This document shows, one piece after another, positions 51,424 to 64,000 of a stretch of 64,000 bases of DNA (position 1 is the stretch's first letter; the number at the start of each line of letters is the position of its first letter). The translations under genes and the position numbers were made by a program. The stretch spans positions 151,815,971-151,879,970 of the forward strand of contig NC_085843.1 in assembly GCF_035594765.1 (NCBI RefSeq), given 5' to 3'. Source of the DNA: Anolis carolinensis (taxonomy: Eukaryota). The notes beneath the pieces are model-generated. The model was not told where the DNA came from and made no database searches. It was given only the letters and a program-made list of their open reading frames with translations.

Positions 51424-51931
51424 TGTATCAGTCGTACTTAAGTCGTGATATCCGATGAGCACACGTTAGGGATTCCTCGTCTTCAGAAGAGGAAGAGGAG
51501 CAGGAAAGTGTTCATGAATCTGAGGGTGAGTTGGGATCTGAGGAGGAGACTTTGCAAGTACCCTCATTCCAGGAGAGGCGAAGGGAAACAAAGCAGAGAC
51601 ATCGTTCAGCTAGATTAGCTGCCAGAAATGCAGCTGAGTAATTAGGAACTGCCCTAGCAGCTGTGAGAGGACCCAGGGCTATAAAGCAGAACCAGGTGCA
51701 GCCAGCTCTTGCTGGTAGCAAACTGACTCTAATGCCTTCGCTCTCTGTGTGCTTGTTCTGAGTCTGCATCTGGATTTATTGCTATTTCTTTGTCTGAAGT
51801 AAGACTTCCTGGCTTTCTTTTGCATTATTCGACTGAGTGTGCTGTACTTTATGTTTTGCTGAAGTAAAGCAGATCTTATTTACTTTACACAGTGTCTTAA
51901 GGCTGTTCTTGAAAGACAAAACAGGACAACA
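51424..51931 (+). mobile_element. Possible solo LTR (Gypsy/BEL-like)
   Basis: TG...CA boundaries, TATA-like CTATAAAG near 51680, and AGTAAA poly(A)-signal-like motif. No TSD found. Confidence 0.4.
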
Positions 51932-54526
51932 TGCGGTACATGCCAAAAATTAAGAAATCAAAACTTACCCCATACTTCTTTTTAGTTTTGTAAATTTCTG
52001 AAGGCTCCCAAAGTCAGCTTCATATTCAGGGCAAGGAAGCAAAGCTCAAAAAACAAAGCCAAAAAGAGTGCCTTAGTGTCTGCCTTGCCTTTCATCTGTA
52101 AATTAATGATTTACCATTAGGAGAGGGGAACAGAGGGAGCAGTATTTTCTGGGAACAGCACAGAATTCTGGAAAATGTAGTTTGGGAAGGGAGGAGTCCT
52201 ATGCCAGAGAATTCAAAAGGCCCTGCCTAAGTAGTTTTTTTTAAAAAAAATTGCCAAAACCTTTTTTAAAATCCTTAAAATCAGTAGATGTATGAATATT
52301 TCTGAAAGTTTGGGGGAATGGTTCCCTGTTATCTCCTGTCATTGTATAGAAAATTCAAGGAGATAGCTCTTGTAACTATCCCTCTCCATAAGAACCCTAC
52401 TCTTGTTTGAGTACTCAAAAACCATATTGGGGAAGTAGCGTGATGTGCATTGTTTTTTGGAGGGGGAAAAAGAGAGAGATAGGGTGAAGTTTTGTCTGAG
52501 TGGAATTTTGTGGGCCATTTCCTGGTGCAGGATTTCAGACAATGATTCTCCCTTCAGCTAAGAAATGGACCTAGTCCCAACACTCTAACCCGCATCTTTA
52601 GAACCACTGCTCAAACAAAATTTCTGACATATGTCCCATCTCCTTAGATTGCGTCATGTGGAAAAGAAATTCTGTGGTGTGTGACAAACACATCACATAT
52701 AAGAAATAAGGAAAAGGGGGGAAATAGATGCAACATGCATTAGAATTGACATCCTGTCAGACCACCAAGGTGATGGTGAACAATTTTCATACTAAGGGGA
52801 TTGCCAAGAGAGTCGGAATTAGACCTGCTAGCAGATGGATGATTGTCTTTGGCAGCAAAATAGTCTACACTTTCTCTCATGCCATCATTATACTTTGAGG
52901 TGCAAGAGAGAATGCTTTTCTATTATCACTGTTGTAGAAATATAATTTGTCAGTCCATCCACTTTTTCTACATGGACCTTTGGATAGGAGGATGATAGGC
53001 AGAAAAGGGATAATTCCCTCTGCTCCCCGACCCCCTGATATTAAAACATCTTTGACTAGCCCTGAAGTCAGCTACTAATGTCCAGATGCAACTATAAGAA
53101 TACCAATCAAGTTCTCGTCCTGCTCCCTAGTTTCTGTAAGGTGCTTCTTTTCACATAGTGCTTCAGGGTAGCTTCATAATTGCTTTTCTTTAAAAAAAAC
53201 CTTAAATTAAATATACATCCATAATGCTAGGCACATTTGTCTCATACCTTGTTTCAGCAGCATGACACTTTTGAAAGTAGTGTTGCTGATTTATAACCAA
53301 TATGCCTTGATTTTCAGTCATTTCTGTGATTTATAAATCAGGACTTTATATACTCTGGGCATTAAGGTCTATTTTATGAATCCCAGTTTATTTGTTAAAG
53401 AAGACTGATTTAGGAGACAGATTTATTAATCATTGCATAGAAATTCAAGCTAAAGTCTTGGTTTAAAGTCTTACATTTATAAATGAGATACTTAAATCAA
53501 ATTCCAATTTATACATAATGGGTTTGGTTACAAGGGATGTGCAGGGCAGTCATACATCTGCTACTCGCTTGTACCTGAGGATACAAAAATATGTCATGCT
53601 CATCAGGAGTAACTTGGTTATTACCAACCAAGCAGAAAATGAAGGTACTTTTAATCAAAATCTCTCCCCTGGGTAGAATTTATACATCTAGGGGTCAGTA
53701 GTTACTTGTATTTCCAAAGGCTACAACCCTTAGTCTACTTCAAATGCCTTATTCTTCCAAAGTTTAATTTAAGTCAATAGCGTAACTCCAGGGCTTTTAA
53801 AAAGTAATAAGTAAGATGACTAAGCATGCAGTAAGTGACAAAGTTATCCCTCTTTCCTTCCAGTGTTCATTCGCAAATAAGTGATAATATCGGAGTAGTA
53901 AAAAGTATTTTTTTTATTTTTCATCTGTGACTGTTCAGAGATAATCCCTAGCACTTCCTAGGACCCTTATTCCACATTCAGAAGAAATCAGATGCAGCTG
54001 GAACATTAAGGTGGAAATGATAAATATGCTGCCCCTCCCCCCTGCCAAATGACTTGCTTCCTTGTTGCCTGGTTCATTTGATCAGGGAAGATGTTTTATC
54101 ATAAGCAATACCAGTTCATGAGTAAAGGTATATTTTCTGGTTTTTGAGATCTCAATCTGCAAGGCAAGAGAGGCAGAAAATGGATGTAGTTGGAGAACCA
54201 TATGTAACAGTGCAGAGGACGAAGGTTACTAAAGACTCAAATTCTTCTCATTTAAGGGTTCTTTTTAAATTTATATTTTCAAACTCACAGACTGAAATTT
54301 TGAAAATTCTTATCTTTTTCATATTTTGAATGAAAATAAATTCAGGAGATTATCACACAAGTCTATAAACTGTGTTGGAGGTACCATAGACATGAATAAA
54401 AGCACTGTCACATAACATTGTTGTAATCTTGTACCAAAACAAGCTTCAAGTCATGTTAAAATTGTATTTAATGAAAATGGGTTTCCTCCATCTTTTGGGT
54501 TCTAAATACACTTTCAAAGAGATTAA

Positions 54527-54774
54527 GGACCTCATCACATTGTTGAGGACTAGTGTTCTGATTTGCCAGCCTCTGTGGGGAAGCGTCGTTGCATGGCTTG
54601 CCCCTGTGGTAGCCCCATTGTTCCAAATAACACCCTACAATGCTTCTGCCCAGTGGATCCATGGAGCCCCACCACAAATGAGGCTACATTATGTGGTGGG
54701 TGGTGTGGGGCTCCATGTGTCAACTGGGGCTGAAGCACTCTAGGATGCTGAATTTCCATCATATGATGAGGTCC
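54527..54774. mobile_element. PIF/Harbinger-like MITE
   Basis: TIR GGACCTCATCACAT / ATATGATGAGGTCC, same family as 42079-42418. Confidence 0.6.
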
Positions 54775-55897
54775 TTAGAAAGTGGATTTTACAGTTCAGT
54801 AGGAGAAATCTGCTTTAGTTATTTGTGACATTTATTATAGGCTGTCTTCCTTGACTGCAAACCAAAAACTTCATCCTTTCTCTCCCTAATCATTATAATC
54901 ACTCCCTTTTAAAAATAAACAAAGGAATGGTGATGGTCTTTGCCTGCACCAAGCTTCTAATATGAATTTCCCTGTTAACTGAATATTTCCTTTTCTTGCA
55001 AGACAACAACATTTTGCAGCACTTCCCACTCATGTATGCTTTTGTCTCATCACAAAAGTTTAAAAAGTTAAAAGTAATCTTGCCAAATAAACACAATAGT
55101 ATGTCAAATGCAAAGTGCTTTTTAAAAAAAGAAAATGTATGAATAAAGCTTCATAATTGTAAAGACATGAGAGCTCAGGACATACTCATCTTTGAACTTC
55201 TCAACTCTTATATAAAACAAAGGGGGGCATGTATGAAGACAGGGACAGTACGGATTGGGAGGAGTCACATTCCTGCATTTGTAGTAAGGTTAATGCACTC
55301 TGAGCTTTCTCAAAGTGTATTCAAAAATGTAAGAAGAGGGGCTGGGCAGGCATGCTACTGTTTCAAGTATAATGGGTTTACCACAGCAGAAGCATTTTAG
55401 GAGATGCGTATGATAATGTTCTGAGATTTTAATAAACAGTAGTCTCTCAGTTAACTGACACCCTTGGGATTTGGTAAATGCTGAATAGTGTCTGGTTGCT
55501 CGATAGCTACTATTAACAATGGGCTTAACTAATAATATATGCCATACTATACCATACCATTATCTCTGTATTGTCTTGAAATTAATATCAAAATACAGTA
55601 ATTAAAAGCAAATAAAGATAAACTTAATGTAACACAGTTTACTGTACTTTGAAAAAAGATTTGTGAATGAAGTTTGTAAGTTAAATGGCAGTCAATAAAC
55701 TTTTCAACCTAATGAACTTCACTAACATGTGGTATTAACACTGCTCACAGCACATTAAGTTTAAACTTAGATTTCTACTAAAATTGATTTTATTTTAACT
55801 TGTATTATTGTTTTTGATTTTTTGACAGTTGTTGAAATTTCTGGTTGGTTGAGTTCCTGTTAATTGAGAGTCTATGATATATTGACCGATCAATAGA

Positions 55898-55908
55898 TGA
55901 TAGATAGG

Positions 55909-55954
<46 letters not shown>
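55898..55954. repeat. (GATA)n microsatellite
   Basis: Direct inspection. Confidence 0.92.
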
Positions 55955-56189
55955 TTCAGAGATTCACAGGAGGCTTGCCATTATCTTCCTTTGAGACTGA
56001 GAAAGTGAGACTTGTCTAGGAACACATAGTGGGTTTCCATGGGTGAAGAGGGATTCTAACAATTGTCTAGAGTCCTGATCCAGTACTCAACCACATTGGC
56101 TCTTTGTGACTTTAAACATTTGAATGTCAAAAAAAATGGAATTGAAAAAGAATGCACATTAAGAGTTTTCTTTCATGTGGAGTGATACT

Positions 56190-56315
56190 TTGTCTGCATC
56201 TGTGGCTGGCATCTTCAGAGGATCTGATCCCCTGAAGATGCAAGCCACAGATGCAAATGAAATGTCAGGAGAAAATGCTGCTAGATCATGACCATACAGC
56301 ATGGAAACCACACAA
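56190..56315. mobile_element. Penelope pLTR remnant as an inverted pair containing a degenerate hammerhead
   Basis: TGCATCTGTGGCTGGCATCTTCAG and its near reverse complement CTGAAGATGCAAGCCACAGATGCA, then GAAATGTCAGGAGAAAATGCTGCTAGA, homologous to 34914-34970. Confidence 0.7.
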
Positions 56316-57342
56316 TGGTGTAGATGGGATATCAGTCACAGATTGGGGAAGTGTACATGCACTCCTTCTCCACCATCTGCCCCAGTGCGAGACCCATGCA
56401 ATGAAATAGAATAAAATATACTGAACAATATGTAAAACAGATCCCTCAGTGAACACAGACGCTTACATCTTTGAAAGTGATTTTTTTTAAAAGAAAAAAA
56501 GATTATTGCCAAAACTAGATAATCAGCCACCCTCTAATTACCCCACTCCCATTTCACCTGATCCTAAATTGAAGCACAAGACATACATTGGAGGTAGGGG
56601 AGATAAGTTTTCTAAGAAGCAAAAAGAAATGCTTTCCCTTCAAAAGGAGATGAATGTTGTGTGTTGCTGCAGCAGCTGCACAAAGGTAAAACCAAATTAT
56701 TTTGCTTTTGTTGCATCCAGTCTTGGTTATCATTTTTACTCGCTGAGATAGAGTAGAAAAACATCTCATGACCTTCTTTCTGAGCGAGGAAAGTGCAATC
56801 CCAAAGATTGTCATAAACTTTTCTTGGGCGAAAAAAGAAAATATGAGAACCAGGGGGACGTCTATTTCCTGATACTCGTTCTTCTTATTTTGCTTCTAAG
56901 GAATCTGGCAGGTGTTGGAACAGGTTGCCCATAAATTTAAAGACTTGGGAGAGAAAGCATGCAGACTCAAGGGACTGTATTGCATATTGCCTTCTCAGAT
57001 AGAACTGGTTCACCTCTGGTACTTAGGCCACATTGTGGGCAATTATTTTCTCCCTCCACTTTCACAAACACACACATCACTTTATTAACACATATTTTTC
57101 CATATTTATACAAAACATGTGATACATTTAGGGAGTGCCACTTTTGCTCCTTTTGTTTTTGAAAGGGATGGGCTATTATCTGACTAATGGCAGCTAAAAA
57201 TAAAAAATAAACACAGGATAAACTTTTAAAGATCCGAAAGCCAAAACTGTACATTACTGATCATGTAACATCTAAGGCAGATTAAGCAATCTTTATTTTG
57301 GTTTCCTAGAATGACTCATTTGATTTCTAGAATAACATGATT

Positions 57343-57649
57343 AAAGTTAAAGGTTTTCTCCTGATATTAAGTCTAGTCGTGTCCAACTCTGGGGGTTGGT
57401 GCTCATCTCCATTTCTAAGCCAAAGATGCCTCCATAGACGCCTCCAAGGTCATGTGGCTGGCATGACTGCATGGGGCACTGTTACCTCCCTGCTGGAGTG
57501 GTACCTATTGATCTACTTACATTTGCATGTTTTTGAACAGCTAGGTTGGCAGAAGCTGGGGCTATCAGCTCACCCCGCTCTATGGATTCGAACCACTAGC
57601 CTTTCAGTCAGCAGCTCAGTGGTTTAACCCGCTGTGTCACCGGGGGCTC
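57343..57649 (-). mobile_element. Sauria SINE
   Basis: Body matches the other copies; TSD AACATGATT on both sides. Confidence 0.87.
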
Positions 57650-58823
57650 AAACATGATTTATTATTAAGGTATAAACAAGTGAAAAGTAATTTGGCAAAA
57701 CATAGTATTTCTAATGAGCTCAATGGGTTGTCTTTGACTCTGGACATTCCTTAATATTTAATCAAAAGAATAATAATCAAAATAATAATCTGTCATTGTC
57801 AAGATGCAGTGGTTGCTAGAGAAAAATAGGGTGGGAGGTGTTCAGTCCAGAAATAATATCAGTAAAAATTAGTATCATATTGTAGCTTGTATGACTCATT
57901 CTGGAAAACATATCTTGGGGGTGGGGGTGTTAATAATAAAAATGTATGGAAAATCTACATAGTGTATTTGCTATCCAGAAGGAAATCCAGCAGAAATTAT
58001 GTATGCCAACAGCTGCCGTAAAGACAGAACTAACATTTTCCTACACACAAGGCTCTGGCATGAGAGAGGAAGGCTTTTGCAGTTATGCTTTGGACTTTTT
58101 TTTATATCTGGTGCCAAATGCTTGATTTGGGAAATCATTAGTAGACATTATCCTTGAGGTTGTATGACTGGGGAGACGATGAGCAGAAGTAGTGGCATCC
58201 CTCCCAGCCCATCTTCTGACAAGATAAGCCTTCAATTGAGAAAGCTTCCTTTTTGCGTTCATCCAGGTCCTCTGTACTTTCTCTGCTGAAATCCCTCCAC
58301 ATCTGTTCAACAAACTCATTTCCAACTGTGAAAAAGGTACTGATATATTGCACAGTCATGTTCCACATTCTGTTGTTCTTGGCTGTAACTTCCCCTTCGC
58401 AGCATCCAAAGACTACGATAGCTGCAAGTAGGTTTCATGAGCTACACCCTCCCTTGCATACTGAAACAAATTGGATAGCTTTGATATGACATGTACTAGC
58501 ATGAAAGGCCTTGAGTTTGTCCCTGGAGGTGTCAGCTGGCACTAGGAAGCACATCTTAAGCAGCGTGTGACATTCTGACGGTGAGCACAGAGCCTTGGGT
58601 GATATGAAAGAAATGAGTATCTCTCAACCAGAGTGTAACATTTATTAATTTTTTAAAAAAATATTTCCCGAAACCAATGCTATTGTAATGCACTGTTAAA
58701 ATGTGTATGCTTCAACTGGACTTTGCTGAGGAATTTTGGTAAAGAGAGCATTTTATTGCAGAAATTGTAATCCATCAATAGGGATATTCAGGAAGGTTAG
58801 ACATCTGTATTAGTATAAGACCA

Positions 58824-59010
58824 AGGCCCCAACTACACTGCCATATAATGCAGTTTGAACTACATTATATGGTCAGTGTAGATTGCAGTTCTATCTGCAT
58901 CATATAATGCAGATTGAACTGGATTATATGAGTCTATACTGCCATATAATCCAGTTCAATGCAATAAATTCATTCAGAAACTGCACTAAATTGTAGTGTA
59001 GATGGGGCCC
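58824..59010. mobile_element. PIF/Harbinger-like MITE with internal repeats
   Basis: GGCCCCAACTACACTGCCATATAAT ... GTAGTGTAGATGGGGCC; related to 41971-42048. Confidence 0.6.
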
Positions 59011-59674
59011 AAGCCATTGTGCTACCTGAGGCAAAGAACAAGATCACACAACCTCTCCCCATTTTATGCGCAGAAGTTGATTGGACTGTCAACTATTTTT
59101 GGAAGCCTAAAAAAGACTGTTGTGTTATACTCAGCTATGTCCTTTAACATAGGAGAATGGTCAGGGTCTCTTGAAGAAGAGTCAAGGGGATGAAAACTAA
59201 GCTTCAAGCATAAGTCCTCCTAATAGAAGATCAGTGCCAGTGTGTACAGCTAATATTGAAGGACCCCTAGCTATTTGTTTCTGGGAACACATCTCTGTTG
59301 GCAAAATCTCCTCTTAGCTTGCTTCCATTACACATGCCTTTGATTACATGAAACTTTTTGTCTGCTTGTGAGAAACAAAATATGCTAAAATAGTTGAATG
59401 ATTTTTAGACTAAGGGGCAGACATTTATTGTTATTGGCCATCAAGCTAATTTCAACTTATAGTGACTATGAATGAGACTTCCAAGAACCTTGATCATCAA
59501 CTTCAGGGGTCAAGATCCACTGCTCAGCATAGAAACTGACCATGCTAAATGAGGGATTCAGATAGCTCAGGCATGGACAAATTTTGGCCTTTCAGGTGGT
59601 CAAGATCCACTGCTCAGCATTGAAATTGACCATACTAAATGAGTGATTTAGATAGCTGAGGGATTCAGATAGCT

Positions 59675-59803
59675 CAGGCATGAACACACTTCGGCCTTTC
59701 AGGTGTTTTGGGCATCCACAATTGCTAACACCCGGTAACTTGGCTGGGATTTCTTGGAGTTGAAGTCCAAAACACCTGGAGGGCCTAAGTTTGCTCATGC
59801 CTG
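59675..59803. mobile_element. Short hAT MITE
   Basis: TIR CAGGCATG...CATGCCTG. 8-bp TSD AGATAGCT at 59667-59674 and 59804-59811. Confidence 0.8.
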
Positions 59804-61814
59804 AGATAGCTCTTCACTGCCACAATTGAGTCTCAGAATCCTAAGCTGATTGGACATAAAGCAATTAATAATCACACGTGAAGTAAGGGAATTTCAAAGG
59901 GCAGTCCCATGAATTGCAGGGCCATATGAAATAGTCAAATCCTCAGTGCACCAAGTAGTCATATATTATTCACATTTTGGAATGCACTTGAATGTTGCTG
60001 ACAAACATTTTTATTGCAGTGTTCAGGAAGTGGGCTTTAAAAATAAAAGACAAATGGTATAATAAAATAAACAATCAGAAGCATTAATCATTCCAGAAAT
60101 TAATCAATGATTGACAGAAATAGTGATACAATCATGTATGTATGGATGTATGTAAGTGTATGTGAGTGTGTATACACACATACACAACCACAATCATATA
60201 CATACATATAGCAAAATAATTAGATTGCAAAAGCTTTTGTAACTTGACACAAGTCAGGCCTCTAAAATTATGAAACTCCATAACTTTGTGGCACTGCTGA
60301 GAAGCCTTCTTTCTCAATGTTCTTATACACTGTATTGCTCCTATTGGTAAGACATGCAGGAGCACCCCTCCAGCAAACCTTAGGCAGATAGAGATTGCTT
60401 GCAATATCTCTTCCTTGCGATTTTTCTTACTGTATAATTCTATCATTAAACCACTTGATCTGCACTACCTTAACAATCTTTTCGGAAATCATGTATTTAT
60501 CAAGTGTTTCCGAAATATGACTGAGCTTGTCTGCTCAATAAATAAATAAATGGGTTTGAAGAAAATTCAGTAAGAACATGGGAAATGGGGTGCTTGGTTT
60601 TATGGACCACCATTTAAATAAGCTAGATATACAGTGAAATGAGCAGTTAACAGAGGGTCTTATCTCAAATTCATATCTCAAGTTTAACAGGCTTCTTTCC
60701 TTTTAAAAAAGTTTTAAACTTTTTCCCTAACTTTTACAATTTTATACTGGTTTGGAGAACTATCCGACATGTTCACATGTTGAACCTTGTGGGGGATTAA
60801 GTTCTACATGTTGGCTAACGTCTTTAAGGTTTGCATTAATTCCTGGCACATTTACCCCTCTGTGAATTAGCTCAGTTATGACCACTACTACCACCTTTCA
60901 TAAGCCTTCATATGGCATTTTTCCTAAATGTTCAAAGTACTTTTCACAGATGAGTCATTTTTGCAGTAACTCTGCAAGCTATATCAGTGCATTACCCCTT
61001 GATTGTAAATGGGGAGAAGGGCACAGAAGAATGATATGCCTACGGCTACTTTGAAAGTTACTTCATATCTAGGATGACTGTAAATTGAACTGTGGACTTC
61101 TCACAATTTTCTCTTAGTCTACTCCCCACTAACGTTCCTCTTTCTCGGGGGGCAGTTCTATGCTACCAATTATTTTGGCAAACTGAATAACCCAGAGTCC
61201 CTGGACTCCATAAAATCAATGCCAGAGTCTGTGATTTAAAACAGTGAGTGAATGCATCCTCTATTATTTTGATCTCAACACCACAGGCACCTCTTTGTTG
61301 TTCTTGAGGAAAGTAATGCCTTTGAGCAACTAGTCAAATGCCAGTCAAATCACTGTAAATTTTTGTACATATGTCTACACAGCCTTCAGAGATAGGTGTT
61401 TTGCACTAAAAGATGTACAGAGAGGGACAGAAAAATCGCTATTGGATTTACCATAAAGAGACAATGGCAAAAATAAACACTGAAAATAGAGTCGTCACAG
61501 AGACAAATAATGATTTTGACATAAATACTTGAAAAAAAGTAGTACGACAAATAACTATGGAAGAATAGCATAAGTAGACAGAAATCAACAAGAATGCTGA
61601 GGGAGGCACGTGTAAACACAAGACATACCTGAAAGCATGACAGCATGTTGTGGAGGAAAAAGGTAAAATATCTATAAACATGATGAACTAATAAGGAAAA
61701 GGGGAAAGGTGTAGGGGTTTACAAAGCAGACAAAATAAAACCAAACACTAAAACATGATAAATATTAGAATAATTGAAAAAAGAGGTAAGTATTGGGACT
61801 ATGCCATATGCCAT

Positions 61815-63142
61815 TTGCCAGCAAATACAGAAAACACAAGAATGGCCATCAGATTGGAAAAAAACAATTTATACCAAAAAAGGGAAATGATAAAGAATGC
61901 CCAAACTTTCATACAGTGGCACTTATTTCACATGCCAGTAAGGCAATGCTCAAGATCCTGCAAGGCAGACTCCAGAAATACATGGAGCGAGAGTTGCCAG
62001 ATGTACAAGCTGGGTTTAGAAAAGGCAGAGGAACGAGAGACCAAACTGCCAATATCCACTAGATAATGGAGGAAGCTAGGGAGTTTCAGAAAAACATCTA
62101 TTTCTGCTTTATTGACTATTCTAAAGCCTTCAACTATGTGGATCATATTAAATTGTGACAAGTTCTTGGTGGTTTGGGGATACCAAGTCACTTTGTCTGT
62201 CTCTGAGAAATCTGTATAAAGACCAAGTAGCCACAGTAAGAACAGACCACGGAACAACAGACTAATTCAAGATTGGGAAAGGAGTGCGGCAGGGCTGTAT
62301 ACTATCGCCCTACCTACTCAACTTGTACGCAGAACACATCATGCGATGTGCGGGGCTTGACAAATCCAAGGCTGGAGTTAAAATTGCTGGAAGAAACATT
62401 AACAAACTTAGATATGCAGATGATACCACTCTGATAGCCAAAAGTGAGGAAGAGCTGAGGAGCCTTATCACCAAGGTGAAAGAAAAAAGTGAAAAAGCTG
62501 GGTTGCAGTTAAACATCAAGAAAACCAAGATTATGGCAACTAGACTGATTGATAACTGGAAATTAGAGGGGGAAAATGTGGAGGCAGTGACAGACTTTAT
62601 ATTTCTAGGTGTGAAAATCACCACAGATGCAGACTGCAGCCAGGAAATCAGAAGACGTTTACTTCTTGGAAGGAGAGCAATGGCCAACAATGATAAAATT
62701 GTGAAGAGCAGAGACATCACACTGGCAACGAAGGTCCTATGGATGCAAGAGGTGAACCATAAAGAAGGCTGAGTGAAGGAAGATAGATGCTTTTGAACTG
62801 TGGTGTTGGAGTAAAATTCTTAGATTCCCTTGGACCGCAAGAAGATCCAACCAGTCCATCCTCCAGGAAATAATGCCCAGCTGCTCACTGGAGGGAAGGA
62901 TATTAGAGGCTCCATAATGAGAAGACAGGAAAGCTTGAAAAATATCATAATGTTGGGGAAAATGGAAGGAAAAAGGAAGAGAGGCCAACCAAGGGCAAGA
63001 TGGATGGATGGTCTCCTTGAAGTGACTGGCTCGACCTTGAAGGAACTGGATGTAGCCATGGCTGACAGGAAGCTCTGGCGTGGGCTGGTCCATGAGGTCA
63101 CGAAGAGTTGGAAGAGACTGAACGAATAAACAACAACAAACA
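61815..63142 (+). mobile_element. RTE/BovB LINE 3' portion, decayed (frameshifts and deletions)
   Basis: FIPKKGNDKECPNFHTVALISHASK, QAGFRKGRGTRDQ, RQGCILSPYLLNLY, LRYADDTTL. Same family as 13528-14259; (CAA)n tail. Confidence 0.92.
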
Positions 63143-64000
63143 ATTGGGAATAGATTTTATATTGCAAACTTAGTAATCTGGGGCAGAGAACTCAAAAAGC
63201 TGAACATAGACACCATGGATATCAAATTGGAAGCATATTTCATCTAAAACAGTTGAGTAGTTGGAAAGCTTAGCTGTACAAAATCAAATGTCTGGAACTT
63301 GATTATATGAAAGGAGATAAGAGTTTTGGAGCATTTTAGGCAATAATAGAACAGAGACCATTGCTAATATTCCTCCTTAGTTTATTCTGAATGAAAAAGC
63401 TTGTGTGAGTTCAGTGACACCCATGTCAGAATTTTACCCCAGACATTCACTTAGTATATTCTATGGGGGATGATATATCCTGTAATAAATGACAAAAGGA
63501 CATTGTAAAGGGACCAAAATCAAAATGAAAATACTCATTGTGCTTCACAAAGGGATTTTGTTGGAGTCAAGGACAAGCAGGGAGATTGAGCCACGTACTG
63601 CATAACTTCCATTCTCAAGTGTCTGCCAGGGCAGTCTACATTATAAAAGGAAACTGGACGAAAACATAGCTCTATTTTTTTTTAAAAAAGGGGGGGGGTG
63701 TAGGGTCCTGACTGCAAACAGATTTTCAGACAGTTCAAACAAGTAGAGAGACCTTTCACAAAACTTCTGCCCCTAATGGAAATGTCTTTAAAGATGCTTG
63801 AGTTGCCACTGGTGTATGTTCCTTCTACAAGCCATATTCAAACAGTATTCAAAACACTCTCTTTAACAATTCCAGGTACAGCCAATGCTGACATAAATTA
63901 CCTCAATGACATGTCTGAAAAGGAAAATCTCCTCTTATGCAGAGGTTTTTCCCATGAACAAAACCCCCAATTTCCAGTGCTCTTGTTTCCAGGGCTTTTC

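Noticed and set aside
58083-58368. Possible minus-strand exon (acceptor-like TTTTTCACAG, GNEFVEQMWRDF...)
   Set aside because: No recognisable homology, no partner exons, and the frame ends in a stop.

Overview
Vertebrate, AT-rich, repeat-dense non-coding DNA, most likely from a squamate. The repeat repertoire (Sauria SINE, an L2-tailed tRNA SINE resembling Anolis SINE2, BovB/RTE, CR1, L2, Penelope, hAT/Harbinger/Tc1-like MITEs) fits an Anolis lizard. I recognise no host protein-coding exon, and there is one ~200-nt assembly gap. The centrepiece is an apparently intact full-length CR1 LINE (17915-23413). It has an ATG-free 5' UTR built from ~3.9 near-identical 267-bp monomers, a zinc-finger/coiled-coil/SGNH-esterase ORF1, and an APE-RT ORF2. 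ORF2 overlaps ORF1 in the -1 frame across a canonical U_UUA_AAC slippery heptamer placed directly before the ORF1 stop, and the first conserved endonuclease motif lies upstream of ORF2's first ATG, so this is a candidate programmed -1 ribosomal frameshift. Other notable items are hammerhead ribozymes in Penelope elements, a 2.2-kb composite hAT element carrying a CpG-island/promoter-like cargo, an OposCharlie1-like MITE carrying CR1 fragments, and a perfect 44-bp fold-back palindrome. All family names are from recognition by eye, not from database searches.
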